64,000 nucleotides of DNA from Paragordius varius. Taxonomy: Eukaryota > Animalia > Nematomorpha. Below, piece by piece: positions 10,900 through 22,143 of the stretch. The notes below the pieces were generated by a model, which had not been told where the DNA came from, made no database searches, and saw nothing but the letters and a program-made list of their open reading frames with translations. Within the stretch, counting starts at the first letter, position 1; each line of letters opens with the position of its first letter. The stretch covers positions 5,332,001-5,396,000 of the forward strand of contig OZ176052.1 in the NCBI GenBank assembly GCA_964247055.1, written 5' to 3'. The translations under genes and the position numbers were made by a program.

Positions 10900-13230
10900 A
10901 TTCAAAACTTTTACATGTGTAATCTATATATTTATAAAAATGGAGAGTGGTGACTTTGTGATCTGTTTCCGGGACCGGTTGGCACATTCAAGTCCAAATA
11001 TCGAAGAAATATAATCATTAATGAATGCCCCCACAAAAGATTCGCGCTAATTAGGCTCCCAGTTCAGGTCACTTCCGTGTAAAAAACCGTTTTTTGAAAA
11101 CAGAAGTCCACAAAAATCGGGTCTTTCAGACAATTTTCCGGAAAACGTGTTGGACCATTTGATTTATGATTTTTTTTTCTTTTTTTCGATAGGGCCGAAC
11201 ATAGTAAGCTCGCTTTGTTAATTTAGGCCCTCTTTTTACCCGCTCCCCCCCCCCCCCCGTAAAATGCCATTTTTTCAAAAAAACCAAGTCCACAAAGAAT
11301 AATTTTTGGAATCTATTTTTCACCCAAGGTATGAGAGACCGTAAAAATTTAATTAGGATTTCAGGTATTCCCTGTTAAAAAGCAAAAATTTTAAGGGTGC
11401 GTTTTATATTGGCTTCTGGGTAAACAGATACCCGCTAAAACTGCCCCGTCATATCGAAATAGCGTGCTTTTGGGGCTAAGTTCCAGACAACCTATCAGAT
11501 CAGATGAGTTTAATAGGTGCTTAAAATATTAACCGTAACAAGGCAAGCGGTTTTGTAAAAGCGGTTAATTAGGCCCTTCACCCCCCGAAAAATGCGCCAC
11601 CATAAAATGATTTGTCAGTTTTGAGTCAATTTTTCCAAAAACTAATGAGAGCATATGGAATCAATCATGATTCCAGGTATTTGTAAAAGGCAAAAATATT
11701 AACCAAGCGATTTTTTTAGTTTCTGGGTAGGGAGCTACCCGCTAAAAACTGCCCCGTCATATCGAAATTGAGTTGTTTAGGATTTAATTTTCAGAAAACT
11801 TATCAGGCTATATAAGTTTAATAATAGCCTGAAATATTACCCGTAAAAAGGCAAAAATTTAAGCCGAGCGGTTTTTTTAATTAGCCGTTAATTAGGCCCT
11901 TTACGTCCTAAAAAATGCCCTATCATTGACCGTATTAACGTTCTGAAGCTATTCTTTCAAAAACTATTAAGAACATATGGAATGAATGAAGATTCCAGGT
12001 ATTCCCCTATAAAGGCAAAAATATTTATTGAACGTCTTTTTATATTGGGCTATCCGCTTACAACTTCGCCACCATATCGATAAAGGGTGACTTTGGAGGC
12101 AAATTTTAAAATACTTATCAGGCCATATGACTTCAATAAGAGCTTGAAATATTACCCGTAAAAAGGAAAATTTAATTAGAGCGGTTTTATTAAATTACCC
12201 CTTAATTATGCCCTTGCCCTATGCGCCACCATAGAATGACTTTTTGGTTTTGAAGCAATATTTCAAAAATTCCACGAGAGCAGATGGAATCAATCATGAT
12301 TCCAGGTATTACCCGAATTAAGGCAAAAATTTTAATCAAGCGTTTTTTTGTTTCGCCCCTGTTAGGGGGCTACTCGCGTAAAACTGCCTCACCATATCGA
12401 TACAGCATGCCTTTGGAGCCAAATTTCAGAAAACCTATGAGATTATGTGAGTTCAATAAGACCCTAAAATATTTTTTACCATTTAAAAAATAAATATTTT
12501 AGTATAGGGGGTTATTTTAATAAGTCGCTAAGTTTTACGCCCTGAAAAATGCGCCGCCATAGAACAAATTTCTAGTTTTAAAGCATCAAGAACTTATTGG
12601 AACATATGGAATCCATAATCCAGATATTCCCCATATAAAGGCAAAAAATTTGCTAACGCATTTTTTATACCTGCCCCTGGGTAAGGAGATACCCGCCAAA
12701 AACTTAGCCACTAAAAAGATTGCGTTTTGGACTTAATTTACAGAAGATTTATGAAGCCATATGAGCTTATTACAAGCTTGAAAAATTACTCGTAACCAGG
12801 TAAAAATAAAGGTCAGTCGTTTTTTATTAGCCGTTTTGGCGCCTTATGCCAATACGCCATCATATAACGATTATTTGGTGTTAATGTATTTTTTCGAATA
12901 ACCTATGAGGCGATGGTATCAAAGATGATTCCAAATATTGCCCTATAAAGGCAACGAATTTAACTCAGCGCTTTTTCCATATAGGTCTATGGGTAGGGGT
13001 TTAACGGAAATCTGAGACGCCATACAAAAATGGCGTATATTTGGAGCTAATTCTCAAAAAACTTAAGAAGCCATACGAGTTCAATAAAGGCTTTAAGTAA
13101 TAATCCTAAAAAGGTAAAAATTATAATATAGCGGTTTTTTCCGTTAGCCGTCAATTTGGGGCCTTCACCCCAGTAAATATATTAGTATGAAGGCACAGTT
13201 TTAAAAATTCTATGAAGCACCGTTAGGAAA
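10900..13230. repeat. Degenerate tandem array with a ~315-bp unit made of two related ~155-160-bp subunits, about 7 units
   Basis: The marker CAGGTATT-like motif recurs at 11362, 11674, 11996, 12303, 12621 and 12932 (spacings 312, 322, 307, 318, 311). An AAAGGCAAAAA motif occurs about twice per unit. Confidence 0.85.
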
Positions 13231-13619
13231 GATCATAACTTAAATAGTGTTTCGAAATAATCCACATATATGGATAACAATTTTGTTGAGCCCTTTTTTC
13301 AAAAAGCGGCTTCGCAGGCTCCAATCCAATTGTGTGTAAGTTGCCCACTCCATAAGGACAAATTGCACTCATTACAGTGATCAACTGCAATTTTACAATT
13401 GTGTGTAAGTCAAATGCTTGGGGCTTAATACCCTTAAACCTGCTAAACAATAAGTTTTTAAGGCTATTTTTCGCCAAAATGATTAGATCATATGCGTATA
13501 AAGGCAATTCCCCCCCCCCCCCCAAAAAAAAAAAACCAAAGGACTTTCTCGCTAGTATTGATATAAAATCATTAACTGTTTTAAACGGGGAACATAGCTC
13601 AGATCTGTTTAGAAATAGT

Positions 13620-15000
13620 TTAATGCTGTACCAGTTAAATCCAATTATCCACATATGTTAACAAATCACTAATTTGTCTTGTACAATCTCTTCGCATTTT
13701 ATCTTGTCGCAATAAATTTTAGAGTGTAAACATGTATCCGAATACAAAAGACTTTGTCTCATCCCGTCACGCAGCCTTTTATAATGTCTGGTTGTGGCTT
13801 TTGGAAACTCTGGTAAAGTAAATATTCCATCTTGCTAAATTAAAGAAAGTTATACTAACTATTATATAAAACCTAAATTTAGCAAAGATTATTCTAAAAA
13901 CATTTTTTGCATTTGCTAAATGCACTAATCCTTTTGGATGAAGGAACAATTTTTATATATTTTATTTTTGCTAAAATTTTAAGGTACCTGTTTAGACGCG
14001 TTATGATTAACTAGTTTCCAAATAAATACAAAGAGACAGGATTAAGCGATGTTTTAGATTATAAATGGATTTGTCATCATAATAAAGCGAAGCGTCATTT
14101 TTTCAAATAATGGGTGGGTTGGGGTGCTTTCTATTGGCCAATTAAAAGTGCATACCTTCTAGGATCTTGATACCTAGGCTAAATATCTGACAAACATAGT
14201 GATGCACGGTAAATTTAACAGGCTTTACAGTATTTTTATATACCTTTAACCTTCCAACCATGCTATATTAGGGGCTGCAGACTTTGGTTCTGTGATTCCA
14301 GGCATTCCTAATTTATCTCCAGAATTTTGACTTTCGAAACGATTTTTCATTGATAAACAAATTAATATTCACAGCCTCCCTTATTTAAATTTCGTTTTTT
14401 ATAAGAAGATCCATTTTAGCGCTTTAAATTTCATTATTGTTTCCGTTCGCAAGTGCTGATGGACATTGGAACGTTTTCCAGTGTGATATTGAGATTTCAC
14501 AGCGGCCAGTGGGTACTAGCTACCTGTGTTAGCACACACTGTGTAATCATTTTAAAGCATCTGTGACCAGGTTTCCTAACAAATAATTGTTAAAATATAT
14601 ATCATTATGACTTATGAATAGCAGTGGAAACGAAAATAAATTTCAATCCATTTTTAATTCAATTTTCTGAAACGGTGAAATTAAGGAAAGTCGTGGTGAA
14701 GGCTTGCTGGTGAAAAGCAATATCATTAAGCGAAATGTTTTAATAAATCTGCATTTTTTGGCAAATGTGTTGGCTACGATTTTGTAGAGAATTATTTTTT
14801 GTCAAACTATTTAGTCGAGTCGACAATGAAAATATGAAGTCCTGCATCATTGATACGAAGATTCTAATTTGTATATTTGTTATCGTGCCTCCAATTTATA
14901 TTTATTGAATAAACTCCAAATTTTAATTTGTAAATTCGCTATGCTGAGTTAACCTACGTGTTTGTTTCTAGATTAAAGACTTCCTGTTTAGTCGTAAGGA
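13620..15000 (-). mobile_element. Putative decayed Transib-like transposase relic
   Basis: Minus-strand fragments occur in Transib/RAG1-core-like order: KPSPRL, MI..CVLTQVASTHWPL* (compare T.ST..C.LC), HPKGLVHLAN (compare HK.LVHG), RHYKRLRD. Many stops. Motif matches are by eye only. Confidence 0.35.
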
Positions 15001-15061
15001 ATATATCTTAGGCATTATCCCTTTTATTATTTGCAGTGCGATCAAGAGAACTAATTCAATG

Positions 15062-16203
15062 TACAGTGTCCACAAAAAAATAACCTGATTAATATATGGA
15101 TACTGATAAATAATAAATCAGGATTATCATGGTACTTTTGATATTAGCCCTTAAGCGAGAATTAATTTACACTTTCGTGGTAAGTGCTCTATATTAGAAA
15201 ATGGCAAAATTTGCGAACATTTTTTTAAAATTTTTTTATTCAATGCTAAAGGTTTTTTAAAAAATATTAATAAAGAAAATCATATAAAAGGCGAACAATT
15301 TTTTTTAAATATATAATTGTCAGATTTGACCAAAAATCCTATTATCTTAAATGAGCGAGATCTATTAATACAAACGCAAAAATTGAAAGATTTCGGGATG
15401 AAAATTTTAAACATATCCTAAATTTTAATAGAAATTAAAAATATTTTGTAAAATATGCACATATTTTTCAAAAATTTAAATTTAGCAAAATTTTGTTGAA
15501 GGGTACTTCATACTATTTGGTGGTATGATGGAAACGGTATAAAATCGCTTTAAGATATTTAAAAAATACCTATTCTATATATTTCAACAATGGTGAACAT
15601 TTTTATCACAGATTTTGATTAAGATATTCGATCGTCTTCAATATGTTAATATATTTTAATAAAATTCGCCCATAATAGAAGGCAAGCAAACCTTTAAATA
15701 AAAATAATACAAATAGAAAAAGTGTTGATATCTAAAAGCGTTTTTATACCGTTTTCATCATGCCTAAAAATAGGATCAAGTATGCTAAAAATTAATTTTT
15801 TATAAAAAATTAGCATTTTTTATGTCAAAGTTTAGCACATATTCAAAAATATTGTCGCGCAATCTCGGCATTTTTGTGTTAATATTTAATCAGCCTATAA
15901 TAGATAAAAATTTTGGGACTTTCGGAGCCCACATCTAAATTTAACACTTTTTTAAAATATTTTGTTTATGATATATTTAGAAATCTTTTTGGAATCATTA
16001 AACTTTTACAAAAAACTTTAATTCAAAATAATATGCGCAAATTATGCCATTTTCTGATATGAACCTTTTACCACAAAGTATAAATAACTTTCTTAAATCA
16101 CTAAGGGCCAAAACCAAAAGCACCCTGATATTCCTAATACATTTTACTATCAGAATCTATATTTTATCAGCTTGTTTTTTACCCTCCGATTTTAGATTTA
16201 GTG
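15062..16203. mobile_element. ~1.1-kb non-autonomous foldback element with long inverted arms and CAC(A)GTG-like termini (Transib-like)
   Basis: Left end TACAGTGTCCACAAAAAAATAACCTG. Internal inverted pairs include ATGATGGAAACGGTATAAAA / TTTTATACCGTTTTCATCAT and the GTGGTAAGTGCTCTATATTAGAAAATGGCA block with its reverse complement near 16045-16080. Confidence 0.75.
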
Positions 16204-16389
16204 TTATGTATCGCCTTTTGAATAGGCTCATTGGCAGTTTTCATACCCCCACTTCGAATTTACAATACATGCAAGTTTTCAGGGGCTAGTGGCGAAGTTT
16301 TATAAGGTAAGTGGCTATTCCAGTTTTAACCAGATCATCGATGGTCCTAATCGGAGGACTAGCTATGGATTATTTTGGAATAAATCATA

Positions 16390-16950
16390 TACACAATTAT
16401 CTTGATATATATATATATATTGTGACAGAAAATTTATCAAGATCTAATTATGCTTTTGATTTTGGTTCTTATGAGTGGTATAAGAAAAACATTTTTCTTT
16501 TTTGGAAATCGCTCCATATTAAAAATAGCAAAATTTACATATGTTTAATAAAAATTTTTGGTGAAAGTTAATCATTTTATTCCAAAAATATCATTAATTT
16601 ATCATATAAAATAGTTAAAAAGAAAATAATAATTTTATAAAATTATAATATTTAGATGTGGGATCCTAACGTCTCAAATTTTTGGCCCCCTTTGCGAAAA
16701 TTTTCAAAATATATGTAGAAAATTACATAAGAACAATATTTCAAGAAAATTGCCAAATTTAGTTAATAGCAAGATTATGATATTTTGAATTTTATGGTGG
16801 GAGCATGGTGAAAACGGTATAAAAAGTTTAAGATACTAAATAAGGTATTCCTTTTTAATAATTCGATGATGCCGAACTCTCTCGCATCAGAATTATTAGA
16901 AGATTTGGTAGTCTTCTATTTTGCCAAATATATAATGTTTTTTTCCAAAA
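16390..16950. mobile_element. Left-arm fragment of the same foldback family
   Basis: (TA)n, TTAGATGTGGGATCCTAACGTCTCAAATTTTTGG and CATGGTGAAAACGGTATAAAA are shared with the other copies. Confidence 0.55.
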
Positions 16951-18454
16951 AATGTAATTAAACTGAACAAAAAACGTTAATCTCTTAAGGTGAAAAAAAT
17001 GATAAAATAACCACATTAAAAATTTATAATTTTTATTAGGCGCAAGTTAAGCAAAATTGCATCTCAGTATATTTTGTCAAAATTTATATAATATATTATA
17101 TATATATAGATATGTTTTCATTCCTCTAATTTTTATCCAAACGCCAATATTGTCACATCTTTTTGGCACGCATACATAACAACATCATGTTATTTTGAAT
17201 AATATTTGAAGCTTGCTCAAACTATTAGGAATTTGGATCATATACGATTATGGTATATAAATTTATTATTTTTTTCTTAAATTATTTTATATATTATTCT
17301 AAAACATTTTTATATTTGATTATGTCCAAATCATGAATTTTTTTTGGACAAAATGATAATTTACATGTAATGTAGCTATAAGTCCAAAATCTATATCAAA
17401 CAATTATTAAATTCTTATTTTACATTTTATTTATCTTTTGATTCTTTTTTGGCTTTTTTAAGGTTAGTTTATTAACTTATAAATATAATCGAAATTTATT
17501 AAATCTTTGGTTAAAATTTATTACCTTTTTCAACATATTTTAAAAAAGGATAATTTGGCATTCCTAAATATTTGGGTATGTAACATTGCACTACAGACAC
17601 ACCCCATATACAATGTAGATAAATAAAAATAAGTAGAACAGTTGAAAAAATCAATGAAGTTCAAGGACATTTCCCAACCACATTACATTAATATTTAATT
17701 ACCAACAATATTAATATCGATATTTCATAATAATATTATTAATAATAACGAAAAAAAACTAAAAGGTTTTTTAATTGTATAAGCTTACAATCTAACAAAT
17801 TATACGTGATATATTTGGAGTTTCTTTCAAAATACTTTTTTAGAATGGTTAAAATTAAGTCTTGATACCTAATAAAGCATTTACTTTTTATTTTTGTCGG
17901 TTTTATAAATAATATTTTAAATTTTTTTTTAGCTGAGTTTTGTGATATGATGTAAACTATTTTAACCTTAGTTTCCAAAACTTATCATTTATAAATCATG
18001 TAATAAAGTCTTTGTCTTTGAGTGCGCGTAACCTTTAACACCCCAAATAGGATGTAATTATTATCAATCAATATGTTACATATACGAATTTTGGCAGAAA
18101 ATTTAAACACAAAAAAAACGATAAAAATCATCACAATCGATAGATAGATGTTATCAAAAATGGTTAATCATTTACAATGTTATTTAAATTTTAATATTAT
18201 GGTAATACTTTTTCTATATTTGAAAATGCATATTGAAAAAATCATAATCGAAAACGAATATTGAAATTTTTTAAATTTTTTTTCATACATATCCGATCAA
18301 AAAAAATGATTTTTATGCTAATACCCTAAATTTTTTCAATAGCAAGTTTATACTATTACGAAAATTATGCTTATGAATTTGAATTGTTTTATTAAGTGCT
18401 AACTTCAATTTGTTTAATATTGGTCTAATATTTTTGGACAATTTCTTTATAAAT

Positions 18455-18649
18455 TACAGTATGAGTAACTATACTTTGTTAGAAAGTTATTAATTATTGC
18501 CAAATAGTAAATACAACAAAGGGCAGTATTATTGATGACTCATAATTATTTTTTCACTTTTTAAAATTATTAGAGGTTATTTTCTTTGCTGCATATGCTA
18601 TTTGGCATAATTAATAACTTTTTAGCGGTATATACTAACTCATACTGTA
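18455..18649. mobile_element. ~195-bp Tc1/mariner-type MITE, copy A
   Basis: TA|CAGTATGAGT...ACTCATACTG|TA with ~70-bp inverted arms and a TA target duplication. Confidence 0.85.
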
Positions 18650-19045
18650 TATATATCTATATATATTGATAACTGTACTAAAATATGTATCTGTATGTAT
18701 GTATTGTGGTTTATATTTTTTCTTGTAATTGTGTGGTTTGGTGTTTGTGTTATCAAATATAAATACAACAAACAATATTTAATACATTAATAAATATATA
18801 AAAATAGTAAAAACAGCTAGCACAAGAAAAAGCAAGATATACAGTAGGAAAGAGAAGAGACCTTGAACGTGAAAATATTGTCTCATTTTTTGTGTGTTGT
18901 ACTATTACGCTATATGCGTTTGTCATATTTTGTTTTGTGGTTTGGTTTAGTTTTATTTAGTTTGGTTATTTTGTTTTTTAATGTTGTGCTTTTCTCATAT
19001 TTTGTTTACATATATTGAATTTATGGTAATTGTAGAAGTTTTTTT

Positions 19046-19230
19046 TACAGTATGAGTAAGTATACATTGATGGAGAGTTATTAATTATAGCCAAATAGCA
19101 TAAACAACAAAGGGCTTATAGTTATTTTTTCACTTTTTACTATTATTAGCCAATAATAATTCTCTTTGTTACATATGCTTTTTGGCAATAATTAATAACT
19201 TTCTGGCAATATATACTTGCTTATACTGTA
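19046..19230. mobile_element. ~195-bp MITE, copy B
   Basis: Same TIRs (TACAGTATGAGTAAGTATA...TATACTTGCTTATACTGTA). Confidence 0.85.
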
Positions 19231-21635
19231 ATTCAAGTTAGGCCTATCCAATTGTTTCTCTCTTTCGTGCTTAGACTGTAATTAGGGAAGATGTTTTAAT
19301 AAAGTTTAATTTAATTTGTTTTTGGTTTAATTGTTGATTTTTCTGTACTAACCCAATTAACTTTTAGCATAAATTTATTGTGGAAGTTATATAAAAGATG
19401 TAGGTCATTATCGATATTCGAATAATAATTTTTAAAACAACAAATTTATTAAAAAATGATATACTAACAACAATTGATTATAAGTTGACTTAGTCCAAAA
19501 ATACATAATTTTTATTGAGGGTGAATTTGAAGGGTTTAAGGATGAAATCGAGATGTAAAGGTAAATATTTTAAGAAAATATGTTCGAGGCTGTGTTTGGG
19601 ACTTTAAAGGGTAATCTTGATAATTTTAAGGGTCAATTTTAAAGTTAATTATCGTTAAAAAAGAAATATATAAGCAATTTTTTTGATCTTTATCTTTGGC
19701 ATAATATATTATAAATCAAATTTTATTGTTTGCAAAGATTTGATATTGCTTGCTCATCAGGCATCGTCTAACAATTATTTATGTAGGTATATCAATTAAT
19801 TAAATATTAACCTCTCTCTATTAATCGCTTAAAAAAATAATTTATCAGGTTTTTTTTTCTATTGTACCAATACACTACACACCTATTAATTAAAATATTT
19901 CGATGGGAATGAATGGGCTATTAATAGTAACAACTTTATCTATCTCTCTTGCATATGACGAAATTGTAAGCGTATAATACAATCATATCAAAAATCTAAA
20001 AATCGATGGAACAATACTTATTTTTGATGTCATAATAATTGACGATTACAGTTTTCTTTGTTAAGGGTTATTATAATAATTACTTAAATAATGGTTTAAA
20101 ATGGAAAAAAACCATTTTTAGCTGAGTTGATTTTATATGGATATTTATATAACTCAAATAATCTAGCACAACAATGTAAACAAAAATGTTTTCGACCCAA
20201 TTACGGTTAACCTAAATTTAAAGAGCTCTTTTTATTGCAGATGACTAAGAGCGAAAAATGATATGTTTAATATCATCAAACACAATCTTGTTTTTTTAAT
20301 ATCAAATAATCGGTTTAGTTGTTAGTTTACATATTGTATCAATTTTTAATGTATAAGCTATGTTTTTATTTTGAAACAAATTTTCGTTTCATCAAATAAC
20401 CAACAATTATTAATGAGCTATGTAGTAAATAAGTGACAAACATTCATTTTGTCCGATTGTTTTAGCGCTTTGATAAAAGTTTAAAAATGTGAAAACAATA
20501 GCAGATCTTCAAAAATATTTAATATATTTTTATAATGTTTTCGCTAATTCCATTAAATTGAGTTAATTATTTTAAACATAATTTTGCATAGTAGCAGTTC
20601 CCCATATAATTAAATAATGTTTTTCTTTTGAAAATAAAAAAACTATAATTAAATTGAGAGTTCCGTTAATTTTAGCACAGAATAAATTATTGTCATGTGA
20701 TGGATATTTATCGCGAAAAAAAATATTTAAAACGTGGTGTAAATGTTTTTGTTTTGAGACGATTTGATGGTTAATAGATAACTTTTTAAGATAATGACGT
20801 CAACAAAACTCACTGTAAAAACGTAATACGAAATTTTAGAACAGATTTGAGGTCATTTTAATATATTTCATAATAAAAATTGTTTAATTATTATGATTTG
20901 TGTCCCATTTATAAATAATTTTTGTGAAATATGGTAAATGTTAATTAAAGTTTTTATGTTTTGTACCATTATCTATTAAAAGTTTTTCATATGGCTGGAC
21001 ATGTATTCTATTATAATTTTTTTCTAAAATTTATCAATTGCGAATTTTAGTGCTGATTAGACTTGTTACCATTGCTGTTAAAAATATATAAAACTTATAT
21101 GGAAGTACTATATATGCAGGCAAATGTCTCAAATAATTAATTACCTTATAGCGTAATAAATGAAAAAAACTGCCTAAAATTATTTGAATAATCTAAATGC
21201 TTTAATTTTATCTTTTTTAACCTGGCATAAAGGGATAATTTTTGCTTTACCAGAGAAAAAACCTTACATATTGTTTGTTCGATAATAGTAACATTTGCAA
21301 CTTGTAGTATACATATATTGGTTTATGTAATTAGAAATGAAATTACATATATAAACCACTATTTGTCCTTGACCTTAGTTGCTCTTGCACTCATATAATT
21401 TTACACAATGTATGTATATATAGATGTGTTTTTATATGTTAAATCAAAAAAAATTACATTATATATTGATTATTTAGTATTGTATAACATAAACTGTTTA
21501 TTATAATCTCGTCAAACCAACCAAATCTATATATGTTAATCAACTTTGTATTTGACACACATAATATTTTCAAATCGAATTAAATATAAATATTATTGTT
21601 TAAATATTTGGGTTAATTATTAACTTTAGGGCAAT

Positions 21636-21832
21636 TACAGTATGCGTAAGTATATATTGCTAAAAAGTTATTAATTATTGCCAAATAGCATATGCAGCAA
21701 AGAGAATTATTAATGGCTAATAATAATAAAAAGTGAAAAAATAACTATAAGCCAATAATACTGCCCTTTGTTATATATTCTATTTGGCAACAATTAATAA
21801 ATTTCTAGCAATGTATACTTACTCATGCTGTA
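21636..21832. mobile_element. ~195-bp MITE, copy C (opposite orientation to A and B)
   Basis: TACAGTATGCGTAAGTATA...TATACTTACTCATGCTGTA. The internal AAAAGTGAAAAAATAACTATAAG is inverted relative to copies A and B. Confidence 0.85.
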
Positions 21833-22143
21833 ATTAGTACAACAAAGCTCAATCAATGTAAACAATGTTTTACTTAACTTTTAACATGTTTAGACATTTG
21901 ACCGCATAACGCTAAATTTATAGTAAAAACGGTTTAAGGTTAGAAAATAATGACTTTGTGTAAATTATATTGTTGATAATTTCGATACCGCTCTCAAAAA
22001 TGATTTATTAGGAATTTATTACTAACTTTTTATTTTATGAAATCTTATGTGATTTAAAGTCTAGAGTGCGCGAATTACATGCCCAAATAAAACTATTTTA
22101 CTTAGGTTTTTTTATTTTTCCCTTAATGTTTTTGTTTTTTTAG

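Noticed and set aside
10900-13230. Tandem array considered as a CRISPR-like array
   Set aside because: Units are long (~315 bp), similar along their whole length with no unique spacers, and sit in a eukaryotic locus with no cas genes.
11126-13661. ORFs within and beside the tandem array (11126-11323, 12284-12493, 13223-13654, 13377-13661)
   Set aside because: They are chance open frames in repeat or transposon DNA, with homopolymer-encoded runs and no recognisable domains.
19754-19790. Another CTGATGA (minus strand) as a possible hammerhead
   Set aside because: No GAAA box or stem structure follows it.
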